A stretch of DNA of 63,552 nt, counting the filler, from Lenisia limosa (Eukaryota; Protista; Breviatea), in NCBI GenBank assembly GCA_001655205.1. It is 12 parts of 12 records of this genome, joined end to end, with 100 filler letters (N's around TTAATTAATTAA, not from the genome) between each part and the next. Parts side by side here need not be neighbours in the genome. Positions count along the whole stretch, not along the records: positions 5,944 to 28,692 come from LPNZ01007879.1; 11 more parts are not named here. The stretch is one strand, 5' to 3'. This document shows, in pieces, positions 13,901-27,409 of this stretch. Each line of letters begins with the position of its first letter. Within the stretch, counting starts at the first letter, position 1. Below the pieces are notes generated by a model. That model saw only the letters and a list, made by a program, of their open reading frames with translations, made no database searches and was not told the origin of the DNA. Position numbers and translations under genes: made by a program.

Positions 13901-16080
13901 GGAGTGCGACCTTCCTGGAACATATTACTCATTAAATTCACAAGTGATACCAACAATGTCATCAACGTCCATCATCACGCCGCGTTCAGCCATAAACTGT
14001 AGGGCGTGGATCTTGCCTTCAGCAGCTGAAAAATGCGGACCAAATCGTCCTTTCTGGAAGTGTTATTTAGAGTTCAAATACATTCCCCAATGGTTATTCA
14101 TAAAATCCCACAAACACTATCACGAACATCAAGAGGAACACCACTTTGGATAAGCCACATCATAACCTGAAATGATAAGCGGTTCAATGACCCTGTGACT
14201 ACCTGAATATCGCCATGCGCAGCTGCGTAATGAAGAAGACACCGTCCAGTCTACAGAGTAAACAGGCTGAAACAATAACGCAAACTTTTTCCTCGAGACT
14301 AAGAACATCACCATGGCGGTTATCCAAAAGCCAACGAACGGTACTGAAATGATTGTTTCGGGCAGCATGGAAGAGTGGAGAAATTTTATCCTTGAACAGT
14401 GAGTCACAAAAACAGGCAAACCTTGTCCAGGACCTCCGGGTTGTCACCGCTTGCAATAAGCCACTTCAAAACGTCCGTGCGCCCTGCTTTTGATGCCATA
14501 TGAAGCGGAGTTTGGCCGAGCTAGGGGTGTGAAACAAAATGGTTGCTTTTTGACCGTGCTTTCGTGTATTGCTTGATGAACCTACCTATGTAGACAACCT
14601 TGACTATTTATATGTATATTGGAGAGCAAACAAAATATAATTTCCAAAACACCCAATAAAACACAAAAAAATAATCAGATTAAAGACATTTATTTAAAAA
14701 ACCGCTTACCGAATTAACAGGGGCCGGTGTAACATTGTGCTGGTTAAGGAGCCACTTTACTGCTTCTAAGTTTCCTGGAAAGTTTATAAAACAGAGGATT
14801 TGTAAACCGTACCAGACATGGCAACAAAGTGGAGAGGGTAGAATCCTGCCGAATCTGCGACATCTAAAAGATCTGGGCAGTTCTCAGCAACAAAACTTAA
14901 AAGCCGAAGATTTCCTATAAAGTTAAATCTTGAATCTGTAAAAGAAATTCAAACCGGAAAGAGAACTGTAATGTACGCTGCCACGACTGTTCTAAAATGT
15001 GAGGCCAAAACCTTAATATTATGAATTATCCATTCAGTGCATTAATCAATGTTTTAAAGAATAACGCCTCTCACGTTATCCATTTCACGAAGTGTCATTC
15101 CACAGCTATTAATAATCCAAAGTACGCCTGCCTCGTGTCCATAACGTGCAGCATAATGAAGAATTGTACGACCCTGGTGGAATAATAAAAGAATAGACTT
15201 ACATCAGAATCTGTTTCCCTAAATGGTGCTCCTGAGTTGATCTGGACTGTAAGAAATGGCAAAAGGGTTTTTAAAGAACAAAGATGACTCACCATTGTTT
15301 CAAGACACGGAAGTGATCCACTCTGAGCAGCACAATGAACCGCAGTACGTCCCATCTAGGTTTAAGAAACAGAAACTTCGCAAAAGCAGTCAATTTCATG
15401 CAACCTCTTCCTCCTACATAATCTTTGATCGAGAAATCACCACCCATTGAAGCAACAACATCAATGACATTAACGTGTCCTTTCAAGGCAGCCATGTGGA
15501 GGAGTGAAAATCCGTTCTGGGCCGTGAAAAACAGTGGCAATTTACCTTGTTGACAAGAGTTGGTGAGGCATTACCACTCTCGAGAATCTGAAGGACCATG
15601 TCGGCGTTTCCTTTGTTCGCAGCGCGCATTGCTTTGCGTTCAAGTGGAGTAAGACCATCATCCACAACTTGAACTTGAGGAGCTGGCTGATCAACATTCT
15701 TATGTGGTTGCTGATTCATATTCAATTGATTATGTTGCTGATTTTGTGAATTATATACAACATTAGAAATGCTGTCTTCGGCAAGGATGGAGTCAATCTG
15801 AGACATTTCATCCGCGGTGAAATCATTTTGAAGGTAGTTGTCTCCTTCGTTGAACGGCTCAAAATCTGCTTGCTCCATCTAAAAAACATAACATACTGGT
15901 GCTTAAGAGGGTAGGCTGTCAAAGCGGAAGTACTATCACCTCAGTATTATCAAAATATAACTATTAAAAGAGTGTACCAAATTTCTTCTATTATATGTGA
16001 ATATTTCTTACAAATTAACCATTATCCAGCCAGCTTACAAGCTCATTGAGCTCAGGGTCATCAAAGTCCAGGTCGTCCAT
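10971..16080 (-). CDS. Large ankyrin-repeat protein with a C-terminal M/G/Q/N-rich low-complexity tail
   Basis: Starts MDDLDFDDPELNEL. About 20 repeats of type G.TPLH.AA..G...V.WL lie between ~12400 and 15600, followed by QNQGSMGSMGMQNQGSMG-type exons at 11200-12160. Probable stop at 10971-10973. Confidence 0.85.
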
Positions 16081-16306
16081 TCTACTATTTTCAATTCGTA
16101 TTCAACAAACGACGATTAATAATAATTTAATAATATATAACTGTAAACTACCTAAAAAAATCTCTTTTTTTAACAACAATGATATCCCCGGTGGCGGACC
16201 GTCTGTACCTCTTTTCTTTTTCTAAGTTTCTAAGTTGCAAGGACGACATTCTTCTAAAGCATTCTATTCAGAACAACACAGCATGACGTAATTTAGTGAA
16301 TCCGAA

Positions 16307-19300
16307 ATGAATCCTGAAGGTGTGTTTGCCTTTACTTTTCATCTATTTTCCTTCAATTATAAATATTAACAATGTGTAGAGGAGGACAGCGCTCGCCTCT
16401 TGCCAAAGGTTTGTTCACTAAATATCTAAACACGCTTACCTGTCTTTGACTATCATTTATGAGTTAATATTACGTTAATGACTTATATCTGAGAGTTTAC
16501 CCCTTTTTCCCCAAACAATTTGCCGTTATGCTCTTCCATCTCTGTTTTCCTCTTCTGGATGCTGCCTGCCATTTTTATCAAAATATTTTCATGAAGTAAT
16601 ACCTTATATTTTGTTTCCGCGGTTTCACCCCCTTACCATAGCTTTCCTAATCTTGTTTAGAGGACCCCTTCAACCAACTCTCTGTAAGTCGTGTGACTTG
16701 CACTTATTAACTTTATTTGTTTATTTACTTCAGCAATAGGACTGCCCTTTCAACTTCCACCTCAACTCCAGTTCCTGACCCAGAAGACGATGATGATGCA
16801 CAAATTCTTCTGTTTGAGTGGTATTAACTTGATAAAAAAGGGGGTGTGGAAGAACTTCAGTAGATTTATGGGACAGGATTGTAATTTTATTTCTATTATA
16901 AACATCTTCCTTGAGTGTCTTTTTTTTTTTTTTTTGGTTGCCGTTTATAAGCCTAACGGTTTTAACCAACTTGTCAATATAGGGGCTTTCTTGCTGCCCA
17001 TGAGTCTCCGAATAGAAGTCGACTTTCTAGTTCACCAGGACAGCGAGTAACTCCGGTACTGGGATTTATTTTAGAAATTTCAATCACAAATCGATAACAT
17101 TTCAGCCCCAGCACCGCACGCCAAGTCCTTCTATTTCCTCGCTCCCCATGCCATCCCCATCAAAACATGTCAACCTCCCACCGACACACCGACCACGAAA
17201 ACAAAAACACACCCCCTTGGCTGTGTCAACAGACCAAAAGCCGCCAAGACCACCGTAGGCTGTCCACGTGTCTGACTTACTTCTTTAGCATGACACGGGT
17301 ACCGAAAGGATCTCTTTCAGTGGTAAGCATATAATATAGTCAATTTACATAAAACGGATTTGTCGGAATTTTTACTTGTCATATCCTCAGCCTTCCTTCA
17401 TTTCCCCACCACCGCTGACCAACAAATCGTTGCTTCCTTTATTTGTTCCATCTGAAGGGCAACGAAGATGGGCAATCTGTGAATTTGGATACTCAGGTTG
17501 GTAGAGCTGTTGGAGTTTTAGTGACCCTTCAGCAATTGACCGTGCTTACTTCCGACATAACGAGTTTGGTACCATTCTTGAGTCCAACGGAGTGTCGCCG
17601 GTTAGACTTTGCTTAACTCTAACGTTTCTTCAGAAGGCAAGGCTGACCCGGGCGGAATGGACAGCTATTCGTATACAGCACTTCCGCAAGCCGCGTCGAA
17701 TGTCCCCAAAGTTCGTTACAACACTGGGATTATCATCACTCTCCAGGTTCTTTCAAGAGGAGAGAACCAGGTTGCACCGACACAGGGATGGGATTCGAGC
17801 TCTTCTTTCTGGAGTAAGTCTCAAACCAAATCAGACCTGCAATAACGGATCAGAATTCCACGCAGCCTCTGGACACTCCACTGATCATTGATGTTCATAA
17901 TCCCCCTCAACTGTCACTTCAATCAGTGGGTGGTCATCTGATTTGTGTTTCCTAAGAATGAAAATCCAATAAATTTTTCATATTCTGAAAGCAACTCTCA
18001 TAACTGTTTCCCTAACACAGGTTGTCTCTGTTCTCCAGCCTAAATTCAATTTATTCCAAGGAGTCATTATCAGCTCTAATAAAGACTCGTAAGCAGCATT
18101 ACTGATCCCATGTAAACTACACTGTCCTAACTTTGTATGTAGGTATACGATTCAGAACCTCTCTTCCTTAGATCGAGTAGTGGTTGCTGACACGAGTGTT
18201 TTACCGGTTACTCCTCTCCCCCCTCTGGCCACTCCCTCAGCATCACAAATAGTGAGTTGGACGGATGATTGATTTGTTGCAAAATGTAAACTGAAGTGAA
18301 GCCGCTATGTTATGTATAAGAATTGAACTACAGCCCTATCTTCAATTACTTGTCTCACCAATTAGACCTCGACCCAAGACCTTCCTTTCCTGACGGTGAG
18401 TGCTCAATGCTATGCTCACTTACCATTCAGAATACTGAACGCCGTTCAGTGTCACCGCTCTTATCACGATTGTCATCTCCAATTACGGTGGGTTTCCAGC
18501 ACCTTTGCAAATGCAAATAGTTACTACTTGATATATTATTACATTTCCCCATTTTTAGCATGAGATACATGTATGCATGCTGACGAACCAGATGGAGACG
18601 GCAGCCGAAGGTCGGTCCGGCAGTGTGGAGTCGGTTGCCCCCGCCATGCCCATCGAAGAGCCGTCAACCAAGGCCATTCTCAGCCCATACCCCGGCGTGG
18701 CTCACCAGATCTCGACTTACAAGGGTGTCGCACTGGTGCCGCAGCATCATTTCCTCTCCGTCAAGCCCGAGACGGATAGGCGGCTGAGCGACTGGATGGG
18801 TTGGTGTCCTCTTTAATTGACTCCTCCAGGCACAGAATTCACATCAACCGCTCTTCGCCTCTTTTCCATCAAGGAGCAACTTCTCAGTCGACTCAAGACC
18901 GTGATCAATGAAGCCGAAAGTTGGTTACTCTTGTTTGATGACGTCGAAGGGTCCCACGAAGCTTCCTTGGCGTCAGAGTACCACGATCTTCTTGATGCTA
19001 TCACAACCGTCAACTCGGCGCTAGAACCTGTCAACATTCGACTTGCAAGGTGTCTGCACACCCTTGATACGGAGGAGGTTTGTCGGTTTCTGTTCTAATT
19101 CGACATAGGAGGCAACCCCATTACCGGTCCCCCCGATGGCATCGTGTCCACAGCTGCTTTGGGCAAGGTAAGAAGAGGCCTTGCTTTGTCACATGTGTAG
19201 GGAAGTGGTTTTGGCGTCCAATGCCACCAAGCGATCTGTCCTGAACACCATCCAAAACAAGCTCTTGGTAGGGTGAACACTTCTTTGGCAATAGCTTTCC

Positions 19301-19599
19301 CCGCTTTGACATCCAAGGAAGCGCAAGTAGTCCGCGATGCGCCCATGATCCTTGAGGAGCCTGTTGCCAAGGTAGTCCATGTCGGGTGTTATACATGTAA
19401 CTCTTCAGTTCGACCCGCAGACGGCCCTCCTCTCCGGACACTCTGCAGGACAACGGGGCACTACTCCCCTCACTATTCAAGAAACAATGGTGCGTTTCTC
19501 TCACACCGTCTATCTCACTGCCCCCAGTCCCAAGTCAGTGTGGTGTCAGCTGCCTCGAATCTGCCGTGTGACTTTCATGCAGAAGAGCGCCATAACCAG
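16307..19599 (+). CDS. Ser/Pro-rich multi-exon hypothetical protein, 3' incomplete
   Basis: Probable ATG at 16307 and more than 20 short exons with canonical sites (e.g. KARLTRAEWTAIRIQHFRKPRRMSPKF, TALRLFSIKEQLLSRLKTVINEAESWLLLFDD). The last visible exon ends in a GT donor at 19600. Confidence 0.6.
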
Positions 19600-19841
19600 G
19601 TATGATGGTAGAGTAGATACTGTTGTTTTGATACAGAACAACGTTTAAGGCTAAAACAACGAAAAGACAGAAGAAGTAGGGCTTCACTTCGGTTCGAAAA
19701 AAAGACTGATTTCTCGATAAATCCTCGAAAACTATCGATANNNNNNNNNNTCTGTTGGCTTACACGAGGGTTGATTACAACAAAACATCTTCATTAGAAA
19801 AACTAATATGCTTTTTTAGAGTATAACAACACTAAACCAAC

Positions 19842-22800
19842 CTCGTTAGCAATTGCAATGCAGCGGAGTGCGGATTGCCCATCCATTAGCACGTCGTTTT
19901 GGAAGGCAGCAAAGTGATACATTGCTGATGATGACCTGAGGGGGGATTGGAAAATTTATAAACAAAAAACGCCAACTCAACTCTGGTAATGATTTCACTA
20001 ATTTGCTTTATTTTCCCCAAAAAAAAACACACCACGCAGATCCTTATAGTTTTAGTATTTTCACAGTCTCTTAGTTGCTTCACCTCCCCCCCCAAAAAAA
20101 AATAATAAGACATCGCTTTAGATAATCGACAAAAGCAGGAGCTTCATTAGCCTTCAGTGCGACCCCCCCTTTGCATAACAACTAAGGTGCCGTGCAATTA
20201 ATTGCTAATTAATTGCACGGCACCCTAATAAAAACCATTTTATTGTCTCTTTCCCATCAACATTAATATCTCTCTATTTGCTTGTTTAACCCCCTCCCAT
20301 AAAAAAATATATAGTATATTATATACAAACGGATATCATATATTATATATGATATCCAATATACTAATAAAAAGAAACATTGCATAAATCCCCACTTTGG
20401 ATAATCAACGACCAGTCGGCTATAGGCTTCGTTGGCCTTGTCAGTGGACGCTTGAATAGTCTCGGCGATAACCGGCAACGACTGGAGGTCTGCGCCAGGC
20501 ACTACAAGAACCTGGGGGTGAGGTAAATGGGAAATAGTATATGAAACAAAAACAGCCTAAATTAGCTCTGTTGGCTGACAACACACAAGGTTAATGAGAT
20601 GATCTAAGCCACGATCCTCCATTGGTCATACTCCATTAATATCAGGGCTCCGTGAAATTGATTGACTAATTGATTTCATAATTTGAAGTGGGAAATATGA
20701 TGAGAACACCATTTCAGACATTTTAATTTCTAATTGTGTATCTCAACATTAATTGCACGGAGCCCTAATATATTCCCCCCAACCTGCCACAGTAATCTGA
20801 TTCTCCGGAGAGCGGTGGAGTGGGTCTTGGTTACTTCAGCCAATCGCCTCTGGAAGTCGACTGAGCCCTGGAAAGATGAATAAATTGCGGAATTGATATG
20901 CATTGTGTTTTTGTTTTGTTTTGAAGTGAAACATTGGAAGCGATATAATGGTATTGTTTTTGTAAATTGTAATATTGGAATCGATATTGATATAGTATGC
21001 TATATATGACATAATATATACAGCTATACATAATATACTGTTCTCTTCTCTCAGTGAACCCTGGAAAGATGACACCCCCCTTACTTCTCCAAGAGATACA
21101 GCAAGGGCCTTTTCACGAACATAGCGGGCGCAGTAGAGAGAATACACCATGTCAGCGGACATCATATTCTGAGTTAAATTACTTGAGTTCTAGACTGATT
21201 CCAAGAGATTTTACTCAGGAATTTAGAACCTTTTCGAAACCCACCTTTTTTGGGCCGATTTTCTTGAGGAACCGTACAGCATCACTGTTGTTCCTCTAGG
21301 ATTGGTGAGAATTGTTACTGTAGCTCCCCTATTGGGAAATTCAGTCTATTTTGAAACCGTAGGGAAGCCCTAGCTACTGTCAATATGAATCTGATACATG
21401 ATATGTGATTTGTGATAGACCTTCAATAAATCTGGGGTAAACACTGCGCAAACCCTCAATACAACCGGGATAATTACTTCATATCTGCTCAAAATACTAC
21501 TCAGCCCCACTCCCCTACTCCAACTTGAGCTTCACTTCGGTTCGAAAAAAAGACTGATTTCTCGATAAATCCTCGAAAACTATCGATATTGTACCCTTTT
21601 TCGAACCAAAGTGAAGTACTAAGAAGAAGTATTAGAAGTAGTATCCATCCATGACCATGCAGGTGCACCGTCGGCCTCCTCACTTCAATGATGCTGGCTC
21701 CTATCTCCCCGGCCTGGGCCACCCAACTCCCGTCGAGACAGCGTCAATACAAAGTGACAAGGACTTGCTGAAAAGCGCAATAGGGTTGGCAGGTGTTACT
21801 AGGTGACCTTCTAGGCTGGTCTGTCGTTATATTAAATTAATTGGAGACGTTTCTGCCACTGAAGTTGCTCTGACTATTGACACCTTGATGATGGCTGTAA
21901 ACCCAAAAGCTGAAATTTCTATTCGGTTTGTCCCTTCTCATTTAAACTTACATGTAGTGTTTCTCTCCCCCCTTCTCCTCCCCCTGAGTAGTCNNNNNNN
22001 NNNGCGTGGGCGAGGAGTCCTGAGAATGCACAGCAGAGCAGAAGATCGCATCCGTAGTCCGCACTACGGCGGCGGAACTGTCTATGAGCCACTCGCGACA
22101 CATCGCTTCAATATCGCTTTTGAAACTGGGGGGAGTAAAATTGGAAAATTCATTAATTTTGGTGGATAGTAATAAAGATAATATGAGGGAGGCGTGTTAT
22201 TGTACAAAATGGGGGGGGGGGGGNNNNNNNNNNNNNNNNNNNNNNNNNNNNNNNNNNNNNNNNNNNNNNNNNNNNNNNNNNNNNNNNNNNNNNNNNNNNN
22301 NNNNNNNNNNNNNNNNNNNNNNNNNNNNNNNNNNNNNNNNNNNNNNNNNNNNNNNNNNNNNNNNNNNNNNNNNNNNNNNNNNNNNNNNNNNNNNNNNNNN
22401 NNNNNNNNNNNNNNNNNNNNNNNNNNNNNNNNNNNNNNNNNNNNNTCTCTTTTGAAATGGCGGATAGTAGGATACTTGTTAAGAGAAGTAATACTCTATG
22501 TCCATGATGGGGCATCCAACTCCAACTAAATCAAGGATTTATCGAGACTGCACATATCTCAAGGATTTGTCTATTTTTTTTCAACACCTAAATAACGGAT
22601 TTATAGACAATTATCAATGAATGGATTGATATATTGTATCTATCAATAAGTATTTCGATTTATCAATATTTTTTAGAGCTTAATTAATATTATTAATAGT
22701 AATTGCCCGGACTCTAATATTGTTCCAACACCCACTATATCAAGGCATGGAGGTCCCTCTCTCTAAGGCTGCCAGACTGGCGAATAAGGTAGGGGATTCG

Positions 22801-25030
22801 CTGGAATGTTCGACGAAGACTGCCGTGTCGAAATGCTAAAAAAAAACGTTACATGGGGATTCGATGAATGGATTTAAATTTTGATGAATTTCTTTATCTG
22901 TGTGTGTGGGGGATATGTATGGATGGTGTAGTATTTGAGATATGCGCTATGTCGAAATGAGAAATAAAACAAGGGCATGTGATAAAACAAGGGCATGTGA
23001 TAAAACAAGGGCATGTGATAAAACAACTTGGTGTCATTATTTCCACTACTTCAGATGAAAAATAAATTCACGCTATATTTCCAATAATTATTGATGAAAC
23101 AATATACAAACCCTAAATTCCCTCACATTCATTACCAACATTTCCCTCGCAAACTGATAAAGACAAAGCCAAGACAAAGGCCAAAGACCATTAGAATACA
23201 CAGAATCCAGAGGGCAAAGAGGCGGGAAATGTCGCTCACTATAGAATGTCAAGGAATTATTCTAAAATTTGGATGAAATTAGAAATAAGCTTGTACACAG
23301 TAAGAGCGTTGAAAGAAATTTGTAGAATTTCAAGAACTTGCTTGAACCCGATCCTCCCTCAAATCGGATCGGTTTGGATCAATGTACCCCCCATACCTTC
23401 AGCAAGGAACTGCCCAATTGCAGCAAACGCAACCCCCAAGAATATTGCTCCTCTCTGGATATGTAAGAAACAAACTAATTGTTGTAATTTTTGTTAATAC
23501 TGTTATTTGTTTTTTCACCTTCAGAAAATCGATAAAATAAAAAAACAAGAAAACACAAATCAGGGCCCACAATTTTGTTGACAGCTGGCACGTAGTAAGG
23601 CAGGGAGTGGAAGATGAACATGAAGCAAAGGAGGGACATGAGCGCGCTGCAGGACGACAGGAGACTGTTCTGCGGGGAGGGGGAGTAAAATCGGAAAATT
23701 TATGAAATCATGATGAGAAATCATATAAAAAAAAACCTCACCTTATGGATGAAAGTAATCATGGCTGCCGCTGCGCATTTGTAGAGAAGTACCAGGAAAT
23801 CCAGCCGATTATGAACACTCCGCAACTTATCCGGTGAATTCGGGTTCGAATTGAATCCCCTAGAATGTGAATAAATGTTATCCCAAATGGCCAATAAATG
23901 TAGTTCCACTTGTTCATTTATCGTAGACACACCAGCTTAAACTGTTATCACGCCAAATTGCTGATACCACCCAAAACTGCCAATGCTGTTCCTCCAATTT
24001 GTGAAACAATAACCAAAATTTTTCGATAATATTGCATGATTGTGTGAATTGTTACCAAAAAAATTTAAATTGAGAGTATAACATCAGTTGATTAATTCCT
24101 GACGTTGTACTCCTCCCCCCCAAAGAAAAGAATATCCGCCTCACACACATGAAAGAAGAAATAACGTTCATATCAAGAAACCTACATGAGAGAGGAAACA
24201 CATGTGATCAGTAGAATCGCGGCAATCAGACTCAAAAACGCGGCCCTGGGGGGGGGGGGGGNNNNNNNNNNNNNNNNNNNNNNNNNNNNNNNNNNNNNNN
24301 NNNNNNNNNNNNNNNNNNNNNNNNNNNNNNNNNNNNNNNNNNNNNNNNNNNNNNNNNNNNNNNNNNNNNNNNNNNNNNNNNNNNNNNNNNNNNNNNNNNN
24401 NNNNNNNNNNNNNNNNNNNNNNNNNNNNNNNNNNNNNNNNNNNNNNNNNNNNNNNNNNNGATTATTAACGAAAAAAATAAAACCTGAATCAACTATGTTG
24501 GCAAAATAACCATTGTTATCAGAGTCGACCCCCTCTATCATTGAAATGCAACAACCCCATATACAGTGACCGGGGATTAGTCCTGACCGATTTGCAATAT
24601 GCTTTCCAAAGAAAACCGGTCACATCTAATCCGGGTCACTGTATATATATATATATCGCAATGAGAAAGAAAAAAACACGATGGTATCTGGCCGAAGCCA
24701 TCTACACATTCACGCATAAAAGATATTGAATTATTATAAGATATATTGAATTATAGTATCAGGCCGAAGCCTTCAATACCATCAGGCAACTAAGAGATAT
24801 TGAATTATGCATTTGGCCGAAGCTGTCCACACCCTCACGCTAAAGAGATATTGGAATAATACCCCGTACGCCCACTTCAACCCAAGCCGGGCAATCATGA
24901 GGTAATCATCGTTGTCCGTGTCATAGTGGTCGTCGAGTAGTGTGTCACTCTCATGGACAGCTTCGAAAAGGATCCGAAACACTGGTACAGCTAAAACCTG
25001 GAAAAGTGATACTTGGAATTGTAATGACAC
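19842..25030 (-). CDS. Multi-pass membrane protein with TmcB/TmcC-like TPR-like segment, partial
   Basis: Hydrophobic exons at 23140-25030 (e.g. RLFALWILCILMVFGLCLGFVF, NSLLSSCSALMSLLCFMFIFHSLPYY) are followed by ..ANEAYSRLVVDYPKSSSAMYHFAAFQNDVLMDGQSA, which resembles the Y..L...YP.S......A.F..DV..D...A signature I recall from Dictyostelium TmcB/C-like proteins. Linking all exons into one gene is inference. Confidence 0.45.
20183..20227. mobile_element. MITE family E (hAT-type), 45-bp hairpin copy
   Basis: TAAGGTGCCGTGCAATTAATT-GCT-AATTAATTGCACGGCACCCTA flanked by ATAACAAC/ATAAAAAC (7 of 8 match). Longer relatives at 20643-20767, ~25497-25597 and ~38308-38411. Confidence 0.8.
22965..23027. 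repeat. 18-bp tandem repeat, 3 copies
   Basis: taaaacaagggcatgtga three times, plus a partial unit. Confidence 0.9.
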
Positions 25031-25779
25031 CTTCAAATTGGGGGGGGGGGGTAAAATTGGACAATTTATGAAGCAAAAAAATAGCCCAAAATCCACTCTT
25101 TTGGCTGAAAACACACGAGGGTTGAAACCAGGCCAGTCCTTCTGCACCACTTCAGCATACGGTAATGTGGAAAATTAATAGGACTTATCGCGGTCGATAT
25201 AGCCCCGACTAAACCGCTCTATGAGAGATCATAAAATGGTATACAGATTTTTTGGGCTTCACTTTGGTTCGAAAAAGACCGGTAAAATATCGAGGATTTA
25301 TCGAGAAATTTAGTCTTTTTTTGAACCATTTTTGATTCCCATTTCTTCAACAAGACCCTCCACCCCCTGCAACTTCATATGTTTTACAACCAATTTTAAA
25401 AAAACCACCATTTCCAGTACTCCTGCTGTGTGTCTCATGTGATTCAACCTGGTCAGAGAACGAAATAATCCGTGCTCCGGACAAATTCAAGTAATTGTCA
25501 AAATTTGAAATTTAAGTGTCTGAAATGGAGTTCCCATGACAAGAGGTCTCACTTCAAATTTTGCATTCTTTTCCCAATTGATTGCATGGAGCCCTAAAAA
25601 TAATGCTCGCCACCCCCGTCAATCGCAGACAGTGAAAAGAGAGAACGTGGGGGGAAATATTACCTTCGGCAACATCCCCATGCATATCATGTTTTCAGAA
25701 AAACATCCGATCATTCATGATGACAAGAGTATGATTGCGTGATTTAACACGGGAAGTTTCAAAAACCATTCGATTTGTC

Positions 25780-26660
25780 GAAGCACACGTGAATGCTATG
25801 GGCATTTCTATGTAAGATCCCTATTCGAAATAATAATCTTCCGACTGACCCCTCCAATGACCAACCGTTCTCAGGAGAAAAAGCGGCGCGCTAACAACGA
25901 CGTAAGAAAGACGTGAGAGCTTGTTATGGCTCCTTTGAACGTTGCGAAGCACCACTGCCAGGATCGCGAAAAAGACAACACTTAGGCCGAAGACAATAAG
26001 TACCGCGGACTTGAGCCCGCTGTTGTCGGTGTGATAATCCCAGCCAAGAGGGATGTTTAAGACGTCTTGGCAGGAGGTGCTGAGGGATTGAGAGCTAAAA
26101 TACAGAGCTTACCAGTTCCAGTCCTTGCCATGGTAGAGCGTTATTGCCAGCAAGAGCGCTGTTTCCCACAGGAATATCAGGAAAATAAGGAAAGCTGAGT
26201 GGCCTTGAGACTCTCCTGTGTAATTTTGGGCGTTGTTCTAGACAATCACACACCCTTGACGTCAAACCTTGATGAAATGCTCGATAGAATGAAATAGCGG
26301 TACTAGTTTTCGATGTATGAAGAGCTCAAGCGCGCTAGCTTGTCCAGACTGGAGGTGTTAGCAACCCATCTCAAACCTTGTTGATGACCGCATCCCGCGT
26401 TGCCAGAATTGAATCTACAGCAATACGGGTCATTAAAAACGGGTGGGAAGGACACTTCCTCCTTTTAGTCACACCACTTGTGCCCTCGTCAGTGTCGAAG
26501 GCTGCTTAAGACTTCTCCTCCGTCCTAAACCTCAATCTTACTGTCTTAAACAGAAACCGCAAGAAGCTATTCTTCTAACTGAATCTGGTCGCTTTTTTTT
26601 TGCTAAATACGGTTACTTTCTTGTAGAACGGAAAAATCCCGACTCTCTTCAGTCATCTTC
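25780..26660 (-). CDS. Hypothetical membrane protein
   Basis: Probable start MTEESRDFSVLQE near 26660, then short exons and a hydrophobic segment AVLIVFGLSVVFFAILAVVLR. Confidence 0.35.
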
Positions 26661-27409
26661 TAATCCGTGAGTTGAATGACTCTCCCGTGTGCAATTCCAA
26701 TGCAATTGCAGATTAAATGAGAAATTAAAATTTTGTTTTGAAAGGATGAAGTGGGACATACAACAAGAAATTTTTTTCCTCAACAATTATGCACCGAGCC
26801 AAAATTTCTATCGATTGTAATAGATCAAGACTACGTCACTGTATATCAACTTCATTTTGCGACTAGACTATACCACGCATGCAATGATTTGATGAGAAAA
26901 TGAAATCTATTTTCATGAATATTAATAAATGTTTGATTGAGCAAAGAGCATCATTTAACAATTTCAAGATGAAACTGAAACAAATTTACTTGCAAATCAA
27001 TTATATACAAGGCTAATTCATAAATAAATACAAAAAACAATGCTTATTGATAATATTGAACTGAATAAGTATTATAAACTGAGCGAGAAAAGCTCTGACA
27101 CGGGTATTGAGCCAAGGCGGTATTGAACTTTCTCTTTATTATCATGTCAGGACTTTCCGCTCGAACTGTACGAGAATACAAATTTGGAATACAGTAAATG
27201 GCACTCTAGCCTACAAACACCAGTACAATATCGATATTTATTTATCAAGGATTTTTCGAGAAATTCAGTCTTTTTTTGGGACCTCAGAGTATCTGCCACT
27301 ATGTCAAAGAATTTGAGAGTGCATTCTATCACCCATAGACACAATAACAAAATTAAATAAAAAGAAAGAAATTCACGGCACAAATTCCCAAATAGGAAGG
27401 TGGCGGGGA

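Noticed and set aside
20182-20183. hAT element E end creating a new acceptor AG (Introner-like event)
   Set aside because: Using this AG does not fit the phase of the flanking exons. The 20397-20511 exon joins the 19935 exon in frame without it.
22211-22223. Family C having G-run TIRs at both intron ends (a whole-intron transposon)
   Set aside because: Where sequence after donor G-runs is visible (35385, 36569, 44240) it does not continue as the reverse complement of family C. Only the homopolymer is shared.
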